Source: the human T2T-CHM13v2.0 reference genome, Homo sapiens
Assembly (NCBI RefSeq): GCF_009914755.1
Contig: NC_060926.1
Length of the DNA stretch: 64,000 nt
Strand: one strand, 5' to 3'
The notes beneath the pieces were generated by a model, which saw only the letters and a program-made list of their open reading frames with translations, did no database searches and was not told the DNA's origin. The position numbers and the translations under genes are program-made. Position 1 is the first letter of the stretch. Every line of letters begins with the position of its first letter. Of the stretch, positions 12,693 to 24,771 are shown in pieces.

Positions 12693-15600
12693 TTCCAATA
12701 AAAGCTAGATAGAAGCAATGTCAGAAACTTTTTCATGATGTATCTACTCAGCTAACAGAGTTGAACCTTTCTTTTGAGAGAGCCGTTTTGAAACACTCTT
12801 TTTGTGGAATCTGCAAGTGGATATTTGTCTAGCTTTGAGGATTTCGTTGGAAACGGGATTACATATAAAAAGCAGACAGCAGCATTCCCAGAAACTTCTT
12901 TGTGATGTTTGCATTCAAGTCACAGAGTTGAACATTCCCTTTCATAGAGCAGGTTTGAAACACTCTTTTTGTAGTATCTGGATGTGGACATTTGAAGCGC
13001 TTTCAGGCCTATGGTGAAAAAGGAAATATCTTCCCCTGAAAACTAGACAGAAGCATTCTCAGAAACTTATTTGTGATGTGCGCCCTCAACTAACAGTGTT
13101 AAACCTTTCTTTTGATAGAGTAGTTTTGAAACACTCTTTGTAAAATCTGCAAGAGGATATTTTGATAGCTTTGAGGAATTCTTTGGAAACGGATTGTCTT
13201 CATATAAAATCTAGACAAAAGCATTCTCAGAAGCTTCATTGGGATGTTTCAATTGAAGTCACAGTGTTGAACAGTCCCTTTCATAGAGCATGTTTGAAAC
13301 AATCTTTTTGTAGTATCTGGAAGTGGACATTTGGAGCGTTCTCAGGACGACAGTGAAAAAGGAAATATCTTCCAATAAAAGCTAGATAGAAGAAATGTCA
13401 GAAAATTTTTCATGATGTATCTACTCAGCTAACAGAGTTGAACCTTTCTTTGGAGAGAGTAGTTTTGAAACACTCTTTTTGTGGAATCTGCAAGTGGATA
13501 TTTGTCTAGTTTTGAGGATTGCGTTGGAAACGGTATTACATATAAAAAGCAGACAGCAGCATTCCCAGAAACTTCTTTGTGATATTTGCATTGAAGTCAC
13601 AGACTTGAACATTCCGTTTCATAGAGCAGGTTTGAAACACTCTTTTTGTAGTATCTGGATGTGGACATTTGGAGCGCTTTCAGGCCTATGGTGAAAAAGG
13701 AAATATCTTCCCCTGAAAACTAGACAGAAGCATTCTCAGAAACTTATTTGTCATGTGCGCCCTCAACTAACAGTGTTGAACCTTTCTTTTGATAGAGCAG
13801 TTTTGATACACTCTTTTTGTAAAATCCGCAAGAGGATATTTGGATAGCTTTGAGGATTACGTTGGAAACGGGATTGTCTTCATATAGAATCTAGACAGAA
13901 TCATTCTCAGAAGCTTCATTGGGATGTTTCAATTGAAGTCACAGTGTTGAACAGTCCCTTTCATAGAGCAGATTTGAAACACTCTTTTTGTAGTATCTGG
14001 AAGTGGACATTTGGAGCGCTCTCAGGACTACAGTGAAAAAGGAAATATCTTCCAATAAAAGCTAGATAGAAGCAATGTCAGAAAATTTTTCATGATGTAT
14101 CTACTCAGCTAACAGGGTTGAACCTTTCTTTTGAGAGAGCAGTTTTGAAACACTCTTTTTGTGGAATCTGCAAGTGGATATTTGTCTAGCTTTGAGGATT
14201 GCGTTGGAAACGGGATTACATATAAAAAGCAGACAGCAGCATTCCCAGAAACTTCTTTGTGATATTTGCATTCAAGTCACAGACTTGAACATTCCCTTCC
14301 ATAGAGCAGGTTTGAAACACTCTTTTTGTAGTATCTGGATGTGGACATTTGGAGCGCTTTCAGGCCTATGGTGAAAAAGGAAATATCTTCCCCTGAAAAC
14401 TAGACAGAAGCATTCTCAGAATCTTATTTGTGATGTGCGCCCTCAACTAACAGTGTTGAAGCTTTCTTTTGATAGAGCAGTTTTGAAACACTCTTTTTGT
14501 AAAATCTGCAAGAGGATATTTGGATAGCTTTGAGGATTTCGTTGGAAACGGGATTGTCTTCATATAAAATCTAGACAGAAGCATTCTCAGAAGCTTCATT
14601 GGGATGTTTCAATTGAAGTCACAGTGTTGAACAGTCCCTTTCATAGAGCACGTTTGAAACAATCTTTTTGTAGTATCTGGAAGTGGACATTTGGAGCGTT
14701 CTCAGGACTGCGGTGAAAAAGGAAATATCTTCCAAATAAAGCTAGATAGAAGCAATGTCAGAAAATTTTTCATGATGTATCTACTCAGCTAACAGAGTTG
14801 AACCTTTCTTTTGACAGAGCAGTTTTGAAACACTCTTTTTGTGGAATCTGCAAGTGGATATTTGTCTAGCTTTGAGGATTTCGTTGGAAACGGGATTACA
14901 TATAAAAAGCGGACAGCAGCATTCCCAGAAACTTCTTTGTGATATTTGCATTCAAGTCACAGACTTGAACATTCCCTTTCATAGAGCAGGTTTGAAACAC
15001 TCTTTTTGTAGTATCTGGATGTGGACATTTGGAGCGCTTTCAGGCCTATGGTGAAAAAGGAAATATCTTCCCCTGAAAACTAGACAGAAGCATTCTCAGA
15101 AACTTATTTGTGATGTGCGCCCTCAACTAACAGTGTTGAAGCTTTCTTTTGATAGAGCAGTTTTGAAACACTCTTTTTGTAAAATCTGCAAGAGGATATT
15201 TGGATAGCTTTGAGGATTTCGTTGGAAACGGGATTGTCTTCATATACAATCTAGACAGAAGCATTCTCAGAAGCTTCATTTGGATGTTTCAATTAAAGTC
15301 ACAGTGTTGAACAGTCCCTATCGTAGAGCAGGTTTGAAACACTCTTTTTGTAATATCTGGAAGTGGAGATTTGGAGCGCTCTCAGGACTACGGTGAAAAA
15401 GGAAATATATTCCAATAAAAGCTAGATAGAAGCAATGTCAGAAACTTTTTCATGATGTATCTACTCAGCTAACAGAGTTGAACCTTTCTTTTGAGAGAGC
15501 CGTTTTGAAACACTCTTTTTGTGGAATCTGCAAGTGGATATTTGTCTAGCTTTGAGGATTTCGTTGGAAACGGGATTACATATAAAAAGCAGACAGCAGC

Positions 15601-18204
15601 ATTCCCAGAAACTTCTTTGTGATGTTTGCATTCAAGTCACAGAGTTGAACATTCCCTTTCATAGAGCAGGTTTGAAACACTCTTTTTGTAGTATCTGGAT
15701 GTGGACATTTGAAGCGCTTTCAGGCCTATGGTGAAAAAGGAAATATCTTCCCCTGAAAACTAGACAGAAGCATTCTCAGAAACTTATTTGTGATGTGCGC
15801 CCTCAACTAACAGTGTTAAACCTTTCTTTTGATAGAGTAGTTTTGAAACACTCTTTGTAAAATCTGCAAGAGGATATTTTGATAGCTTTGAGGAATTCTT
15901 TGGAAACGGATTGTCTTCATATAAAATCTAGACAAAAGCATTCTCAGAAGCTTCATTGGGATGTTTCAATTGAAGTCACAGTGTTGAACAGTCCCTTTCA
16001 TAGAGCATGTTTGAAACAATCTTTTTGTAGTATCTGGAAGTGGACATTTGGAGCGTTCTCAGGACGACAGTGAAAAAGGAAATATCTTCCAATAAAAGCT
16101 AGATAGAAGAAATGTCAGAAAATTTTTCATGATGTATCTACTCAGCTAACAGAGTTGAACCTTTCTTTGGAGAGAGTAGTTTTGAAACACTCTTTTTGTG
16201 GAATCTGCAAGTGGATATTTGTCTAGTTTTGAGGATTGCGTTGGAAACGGTATTACATATAAAAAGCAGACAGCAGCATTCCCAGAAACTTCTTTGTGAT
16301 ATTTGCATTGAAGTCACAGACTTGAACATTCCGTTTCATAGAGCAGGTTTGAAACACTCTTTTTGTAGTATCTGGATGTGGACATTTGGAGCGCTTTCAG
16401 GCCTATGGTGAAAAAGGAAATATCTTCCCCTGAAAACTAGACAGAAGCATTCTCAGAAACTTATTTGTCATGTGCGCCCTCAACTAACAGTGTTGAACCT
16501 TTCTTTTGATAGAGCAGTTTTGATACACTCTTTTTGTAAAATCCGCAAGAGGATATTTGGATAGCTTTGAGGATTACGTTGGAAACGGGATTGTCTTCAT
16601 ATAGAATCTAGACAGAATCATTCTCAGAAGCTTCATTGGGATGTTTCAATTGAAGTCACAGTGTTGAACAGTCCCTTTCATAGAGCAGATTTGAAACACT
16701 CTTTTTGTAGTATCTGGAAGTGGACATTTGGAGCGCTCTCAGGACTACAGTGAAAAAGGAAATATCTTCCAATAAAAGCTAGATAGAAGCAATGTCAGAA
16801 AATTTTTCATGATGTATCTACTCAGCTAACAGGGTTGAACCTTTCTTTTGAGAGAGCAGTTTTGAAACACTCTTTTTGTGGAATCTGCAAGTGGATATTT
16901 GTCTAGCTTTGAGGATTGCGTTGGAAACGGGATTACATATAAAAAGCAGACAGCAGCATTCCCAGAAACTTCTTTGTGATATTTGCATTCAAGTCACAGA
17001 CTTGAACATTCCCTTCCATAGAGCAGGTTTGAAACACTCTTTTTGTAGTATCTGGATGTGGACATTTGGAGCGCTTTCAGGCCTATGGTGAAAAAGGAAA
17101 TATCTTCCCCTGAAAACTAGACAGAAGCATTCTCAGAATCTTATTTGTGATGTGCGCCCTCAACTAACAGTGTTGAAGCTTTCTTTTGATAGAGCAGTTT
17201 TGAAACACTCTTTTTGTAAAATCTGCAAGAGGATATTTGGATAGCTTTGAGGATTTCGTTGGAAACGGGATTGTCTTCATATAAAATCTAGACAGAAGCA
17301 TTCTCAGAAGCTTCATTGGGATGTTTCAATTGAAGTCACAGTGTTGAACAGTCCCTTTCATAGAGCACGTTTGAAACAATCTTTTTGTAGTATCTGGAAG
17401 TGGACATTTGGAGCGTTCTCAGGACTGCGGTGAAAAAGGAAATATCTTCCAAATAAAGCTAGATAGAAGCAATGTCAGAAAATTTTTCATGATGTATCTA
17501 CTCAGCTAACAGAGTTGAACCTTTCTTTTGACAGAGCAGTTTTGAAACACTCTTTTTGTGGAATCTGCAAGTGGATATTTGTCTAGCTTTGAGGATTTCG
17601 TTGGAAACGGGATTACATATAAAAAGCGGACAGCAGCATTCCCAGAAACTTCTTTGTGATATTTGCATTCAAGTCACAGACTTGAACATTCCCTTTCATA
17701 GAGCAGGTTTGAAACACTCTTTTTGTAGTATCTGGATGTGGACATTTGGAGCGCTTTCAGGCCTATGGTGAAAAAGGAAATATCTTCCCCTGAAAACTAG
17801 ACAGAAGCATTCTCAGAAACTTATTTGTGATGTGCGCCCTCAACTAACAGTGTTGAAGCTTTCTTTTGATAGAGCAGTTTTGAAACACTCTTTTTGTAAA
17901 ATCTGCAAGAGGATATTTGGATAGCTTTGAGGATTTCGTTGGAAACGGGATTGTCTTCATATACAATCTAGACAGAAGCATTCTCAGAAGCTTCATTTGG
18001 ATGTTTCAATTAAAGTCACAGTGTTGAACAGTCCCTATCGTAGAGCAGGTTTGAAACACTCTTTTTGTAATATCTGGAAGTGGAGATTTGGAGCGCTCTC
18101 AGGACTACGGTGAAAAAGGAAATATATTCCAATAAAAGCTAGATAGAAGCAATGTCAGAAACTTTTTCATGATGTATCTACTCAGCTAACAGAGTTGAAC
18201 CTTT
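12693..18204 (+). repeat. Tandem duplication of 4 HORs, period 2717 bp
   Basis: ORF variants 12802/15519, 13162/15879, 13479/16196, 14159/16876, 14839/17556. Flanking mismatches at 12692 C/15409 A and 15488 C/18205 T. Confidence 0.92.
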
Positions 18205-21200
18205 TTTTTGATAGAGCAGTTTTGAAACACTCTTTTTGTTGGATCTGCAGGTGGATATTTGTCTAGCTTTGAGGATTTCGTTGGAAACGGGATTACATAT
18301 AAAAAGCAGACAGCAGCATTCCCAGAAACTTCTTTGTGATATTTGCATTCAAGTCACAGACTTGAACATTCCCTTTCATAGAGCAGGTTTGAAACACTCT
18401 TTTTGTAGTATCTGGATGTGGACATTTGGAGCGCTTTCAGGCCTATGGTGAAAAAGGAAATATCTTCCCCTGAAAACTAGACAGAAGCATTCTCAGAAAC
18501 TTATTTGTGATGTGCGCCCTCAACTAACAGTGTTGAAGCTTTCTTTTGATAGAGCAGTTTTGAAACACTCTTTTTGTAAAATCTGCAAGAGGATATTTGG
18601 ATAGCTTTGAGGATTTCGTTGGAAACGGGATTGTCTTCATATACAATCTAGACAGAAGCATTCTCAGAAGCTTCATTGGGATGTTTCAATTGAAGTCACA
18701 GTGTTGAACAGTCCCTTTCGTAGAGCAGGTTTGAAACACTCTTTTTGTAATATCTGGAAGTGGACATTTGGAGCGTTCTCAGGACTATGGTGAAAAAGGA
18801 AATATCTTCCAATAAAAGCTAGATAGAAGCAATGTCAGAAACTTTTTCATGATGTATCTACTCAGCTAACAGAGTTGAACCTTTCTTTTGAGAGAGCCGT
18901 TTTGAAACACTCTTTTTGTGGAATCTGCAAGTGGATATTTGTCTAGCTTTGAGGATTTCGTTGGAAACGGGATTACATATAAAAAGCAGACAGCAGCATT
19001 CCCAGAAACTTCTTTGTGATGTTTGCATTCAAGTCACAGAGTTGAACATTCCCTTTCATAGAGCAGGTTTGAAACACTCTTTTTGTAGTATCTGGATGTG
19101 GACATTTGGAGCGCTTTCAGGCCTATGGTGAAAAAGGAAATATCTTCCCCTGAAAACTAGACAGAAGCATTCTCAGAAACTTATTTGTGATGTGCGCCCT
19201 CAACTAACAGTGTTAAACCTTTCTTTTGATAGAGTAGTTTTGAAACACTCTTTGTAAAATCTGCAAGAGGATATTTTGATAGCTTTGAGGATTTCTTTGG
19301 AAACGGGATTGTCTTCATATAAAATCTAGACAAAAGCATTCTCAGAAGCTTCATTGGGATGTTTCAATTGAAGTCACAGTGTTGAACAGTCCCTTTCATA
19401 GAGCATGTTTGAAACACTCTTTTTGTAGTATCTGGAAGTTGACATTTGGAGCGTTTTCAGGACTACGGTGAAAAAGGAAATATCTTCCAAATAAAGCTAG
19501 ATAGAAGCAATGTCAGAAAATTTTTCATGATGTATCTACTCAGCTAACAGAATTTAACCTTTCTTTTGAGAGAGCAGTTTTGAAACACTCTTTTTGTGGA
19601 ATCTGCAAGTGGATATTTGTCTAGGTTTGAGGATTTCGTTGGAAACGGGATTGCATATAAAAAGCAGACAGCAGCATTCCCAGAAACTTCTTTGTGATGT
19701 TTGCATTCAAGTCACAGAGTTGAACATTCCCTTTCATAGAGCAGGTTTGAAACACTCTTTTTGTAGTATCTGGATGTGGACATTTGGAGCGCTTTCAGGC
19801 CTATGGTGAAAAAGGAAATATCTTCCCCTGAAAACTAGACAGAAGCATTCTCAGAAACTTATTTGTTATGTGCACCCTCAACTAACAGTGTTGAAGCTTT
19901 CTTTTGACAGAGCAGTTTGAAACACTCTTTTTGTAAAATCTCCAAGAGGATATTTGCATAGCTTTGAGGATTTCGGTGGAAATGGGATTGTCTTCATATA
20001 AACTCTAGACAGTAGCATTCTCAGAAGCTTCATTGGGATGTTTCAATTGAAGTCACAGTGTTGAACAGTCCGTTTCATAGAGCAGGTTTGAAACACTCTT
20101 TTTGTAGTATCTGGAAGTGGACATTTGGAGCGCTCTCAAGACTACGGTGAAAAAGGAAATATCTTCCAATAAAAGCTAGATAGAAGCAATGTCAGAAACT
20201 TTTTCATGATGTATCTACTCAGCTAACAGAGTTGAACCTTTTTTTTGAGAGAGCAGTTTTGAAACACTCTTTTTGTTCGATCTGCAGGTGGATATTTGTC
20301 TAGGTTTGAGGATTTCGTTGGAAACGGGATTACATATAAAAAACAGACAGCAGCATTCCCAGAAACTTCTTTGTGATGTTTGCATTCAAGTCACAGAGTT
20401 GAACATTCCCTTTCGTAGAGCAGGTTTGAAACACTCTTTTTGTAGTATCTGGATGTGGACATTTGGAGCGCTCTCAGGCCTATGGTGAAAAAGGAAATAT
20501 CTTCCCCTGGAAACTACACAGAAGCATTCTCAGAAACTTATTTGTGATGTGCGCCCTCAACTAACAATGTTGAACCTTTCTGTTGATAGAGTAGTTTTGA
20601 AACACTCTTCTTGTAAAATCTGCAAGAGGATATTTGGATAGCTTTGAGGATTTCGTTGGAAACGGGATTGTCTTCATATTAACCCTAGACAGTAGCATTC
20701 TCAGAAGGTTCATTGGGATGTTTCAATTGAAGTCACAGTGTTGAACAGTCACTTTCATAGAGCAGGTTTGAAACACTCTTTTTGTAGCATCTGGAAGTGG
20801 ACATTTGGAGCGCTCTCAGGACTACGGTGAAAAAGGAAATATCTTCCAATAAAAGCTAGATAGAAGCAATGTCAGAAACTTTTTCATGATGTATCTACTC
20901 AGCTAAAAGAGTTGAACCTTTCTTTTGTGAGAGCAGTCTTGAAACACTATTTTTGTGGAATCTGCAAGTGGATATTTGTCTAGCTTTGAGGATTTCGTTG
21001 GAAACGAGATTACATATAAAAAGCAGACAGCAGCATTCCCAGAAACTACTTTGTGAAATTTGCATTCAAGTCACAGACTTGAACATTCCCTTTCATAGAG
21101 CAGGTTTGAAACACTCTTTTTGTAGTATCTGGATGTGGACGTTTGGAGCGCTTTCAGGCCTACGGTGAAAAAGGAAATATCTTCCCCTGAAAACTATACA

Positions 21201-24200
21201 GAAGCATTCTCAGAAACTTATTTGTGATGTGCGCCCTCAACTAACAGTGTTGAAGCTTTCTTTTGATAGAGCAGTTTTGAAACACTCTTTTTGTAAAATC
21301 TGCAAGAGGATATTTGGATAGCTTTGAGGATTTCGTTGGAAACGGGATTGTCTTCATATAGAATCTAGACAGAAGCATTCTCAGAAGCTTCATTCGGATG
21401 TTTCAATTGAAGTCACAGTGTTGAACAGTCCCTTTCATAGAGCATGTTTGAAACACTCTTTTTGTAGTATCTGGAAGTGGACATTTGGAGCGTTCTCAGG
21501 ACGACAGTGAAAAAGGAAATATCTTCCAACAAAAGCTAGATAGAAGAAATGTCAGAAAATTTTTCATGATGTATCTACTCAGCTAACAGAGTTGAACCTT
21601 TCTTTGGAGAGAGTAGTTTTGAAACACTCTTTTTGTGGAATCTGCAAGTGGATATTTGTCTAGTTTTGAGGATTGCGTTGGAAACGGTATTACATATAAA
21701 AAGCAGACAGCAGCATTCCCAGAAACTTCTTTGTGATATTTGCATTGAAGTCACAGACTTGAACATTCCGTTTCATAGAGCAGGTTTGAAACACTCTTTT
21801 TGTAGTATCTGGATGTGGACATTTGGAGCGCTTTCAGGCCTATGGTGAAAAAGGAAATATCTTCCCCTGAAAACTAGACAGAAGCATTCTCAGAAACTTA
21901 TTTGTCATGTGCGCCCTCAACTAACAGTGTTGAACCTTTCTTTTGATAGAGCAGTTTTGATACACTCTTTTTGTAAAATCCGCAAGAGGATATTTGGATA
22001 GCTTTGAGGATTACGTTGGAAACGGGATTGTCTTCATATAGAATCTAGACAGAATCATTCTCAGAAGCTTCATTGGGATGTTTCAATTGAAGTCACAGTG
22101 TTGAACAGTCCCTTTCATAGAGCAGATTTGAAACACTCTTTTTGTAGTATCTGGAAGTGGACATTTGGAGCGCTCTCAGGACTACAGTGAAAAAGGAAAT
22201 ATCTTCCAATAAAAGCTAGATAGAAGCAATGTCAGAAAATTTTTCATGATGTATCTACTCAGCTAACAGGGTTGAACCTTTCTTTTGAGAGAGCAGTTTT
22301 GAAACACTCTTTTTGTGGAATCTGCAAGTGGATATTTGTCTAGCTTTGAGGATTGCGTTGGAAACGGGATTACATATAAAAAGCAGACAGCAGCATTCCC
22401 AGAAACTTCTTTGTGATATTTGCATTCAAGTCACAGACTTGAACATTCCCTTCCATAGAGCGGGTTTGAAACACTCTTTTTGTAGTATCTGGATGTGGAC
22501 ATTTGGAGCGCTTTCAGGCCTATGGTGAAAAAGGAAATATCTTCCCCTGAAAACTAGACAGAAGCATTCTCAGAATCTTATTTGTGATGTGCGCCCTCAA
22601 CTAACAGTGTTGAAGCTTTCTTTTGATAGAGCAGTTTTGAAACACTCTTTTTGTAAAATCTGCAAGAGGATATTTGGATAGCTTTGAGGATTTCGTTGGA
22701 AACGGGATTGTCTTCATATAAAATCTAGACAGAAGCATTCTCAGAAGCTTCATTGGGATGTTTCAATTGAAGTCACAGTGTTGAACAGTCCCTTTCATAG
22801 AGCACGTTTGAAACAATCTTTTTGTAGTATCTGGAAGTGGACATTTGGAGCGTTCTCAGGACTACGGTGAAAAAGGAAATATCTTCCAAATAAAGCTAGA
22901 TAGAAGCAATGTCAGAAAATTTTTCATGATGTATCTACTCAGCTAACAGAGTTGAACCTTTCTTTTGACAGAGCAGTTTTGAAACACTCTTTTTGTGGAA
23001 TCTGCAAGTGGATATTTGTCTAGATTTGAGGATTTCGTTGGAAACGGGATTACATATAAAAAGCAGACAGCAGCATTCCCAGAAACTTCTTTGTGATATT
23101 TGCATTCAAGTCACAGACTTGAACATTCCCTTTCATAGAGCAGGTTTGAAACACTCTTTTTGTAGTATCTGGATGTGGACATTTGGAGCGCTTTCAGGCC
23201 TATGGTGAAAAAGGAAATATCTTCCCCTGAAAACTAGACAGAAGCATTCTCAGAAACTAATTTGTGATGTGCGCCCTCAACTAACAGTGTTGAAGCTTTC
23301 TTTTGATAGAGCAGATTTGAAACACTCTTTTTGTAAAATCTGCAAGAGGATATTTGGATAGCTTTGAGGATTTCGTTGGAAACGGGATTGTCTTCATATA
23401 CAATCTAGACAGAAGCATTCTCAGAAGCTTCATTGGGATGTTTCAATTGAAGTCACAGTGTTGAACAGTCCCTTTCGTAGAGCAGGTTTGAAACACTCTT
23501 TTTGTAATATCTGGAAGTGGACATTTGGAGCGTTCTCAGGACTATGGTGAAAAAGGAAATATCTTCCAATAAAAGCTAGATAGAAGCAATGTCAGAAACT
23601 TTTTCATGATGTATCTACTCAGCTAAAAGAGTTGAACCTTTCTTTTGAGAGAGCAGTTTTGAAACACTATTTTTGTGGAATCTGCAAGTGGATATTTGTC
23701 TAGCTTTGAGGATTTCGTTGGAAACGGGATTACATATAAAAAGCAGACAGCAGCATTCCGAGAAAGCTCTTTGTGAAATTTGCATTCAAGTCACAGACTT
23801 GAACATTCCCTTTCATAGAGCAGGTTTGAAACACTCTTTTTGTAGTATCTGGATGTGGACATTTGGAGCGCTTTCAGGCCTATGGTGAAAAAGGAAATAT
23901 CTTCCCCTGAAAACTAGACAGAAGCATTCTCAGAAACTTATTTGTGATGTGCGCCCTCAACTAACGGTGTTGAAGCTTTCTTTTGATAGAGCAGTTTTGA
24001 AACACTCTTTTTGTAAAATCTGCAAGAGGATATTTGGATAGCTTTGAGGATTTCGTTGGAAACGGGATTGTCTTCATATAGAATCTAGACAGAAGCATTC
24101 TCAGAAGCTTCATTGGGATGTTTCAATTGAAGTCACAGTGTTGAACAGTCCCTTTCATAGAGCAGGTTTGAAACACTCTTTTTGTAGTATCTGGAGGTGG

Positions 24201-24433
24201 ACATTTGGAGCGTTCTCAGGACTACAGTGGAAAAGGAAATATCTTCCAGTAAAAGCTAGATAGAAGCAATGTCAGAAAATTTTTCATGATGTATCTACTC
24301 AGCTAACAGAGTTGAACCTTTCTTTTGAGAGAGCAGTTTTGAAACACTCTTTTTGTGGAATCTGCAAGTGGATATTTGTCTAGGTTTGAGGATTGCGTTT
24401 GAAACGGGATTACATATAAAAAGCAGACAGCAG

Positions 24434-24771
24434 CATTCCCAGAAACTTCTTTGTGATGTTTGCATTCAAGTCACAGAGTTGAACATTCCCTTTCATAGAG
24501 CAGGTTTGAAACACTCTTTTTGTAGTATCTGGAAGTGGACATTTGGAGCGCTCTCAGGACTACGGTGAAAAAGGAAATATCTTCCAATAAAAGCTAGATA
24601 GAAGCAAAGTCAGAAACTTTTTAATGATCTATCTACTCAGCTAACAGAGTTGAACCTTTCTTTTGAGAGAGCAGTTTTGAAACACTCTTTTGGTGGAATC
24701 TGCAAGTGGATATTTGTCTAGCTTTGAGGATTGCGTTGGAAACGGGATTACATTTAAAAAGCAGACAGCAG
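24434..24771 (+). repeat. 338-bp 2-mer HOR variant (copy 2)
   Basis: Same hybrid monomer and markers (GAAGCAAAGTC, TTAATGATCT); offset 22766 from copy 1. Confidence 0.92.
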
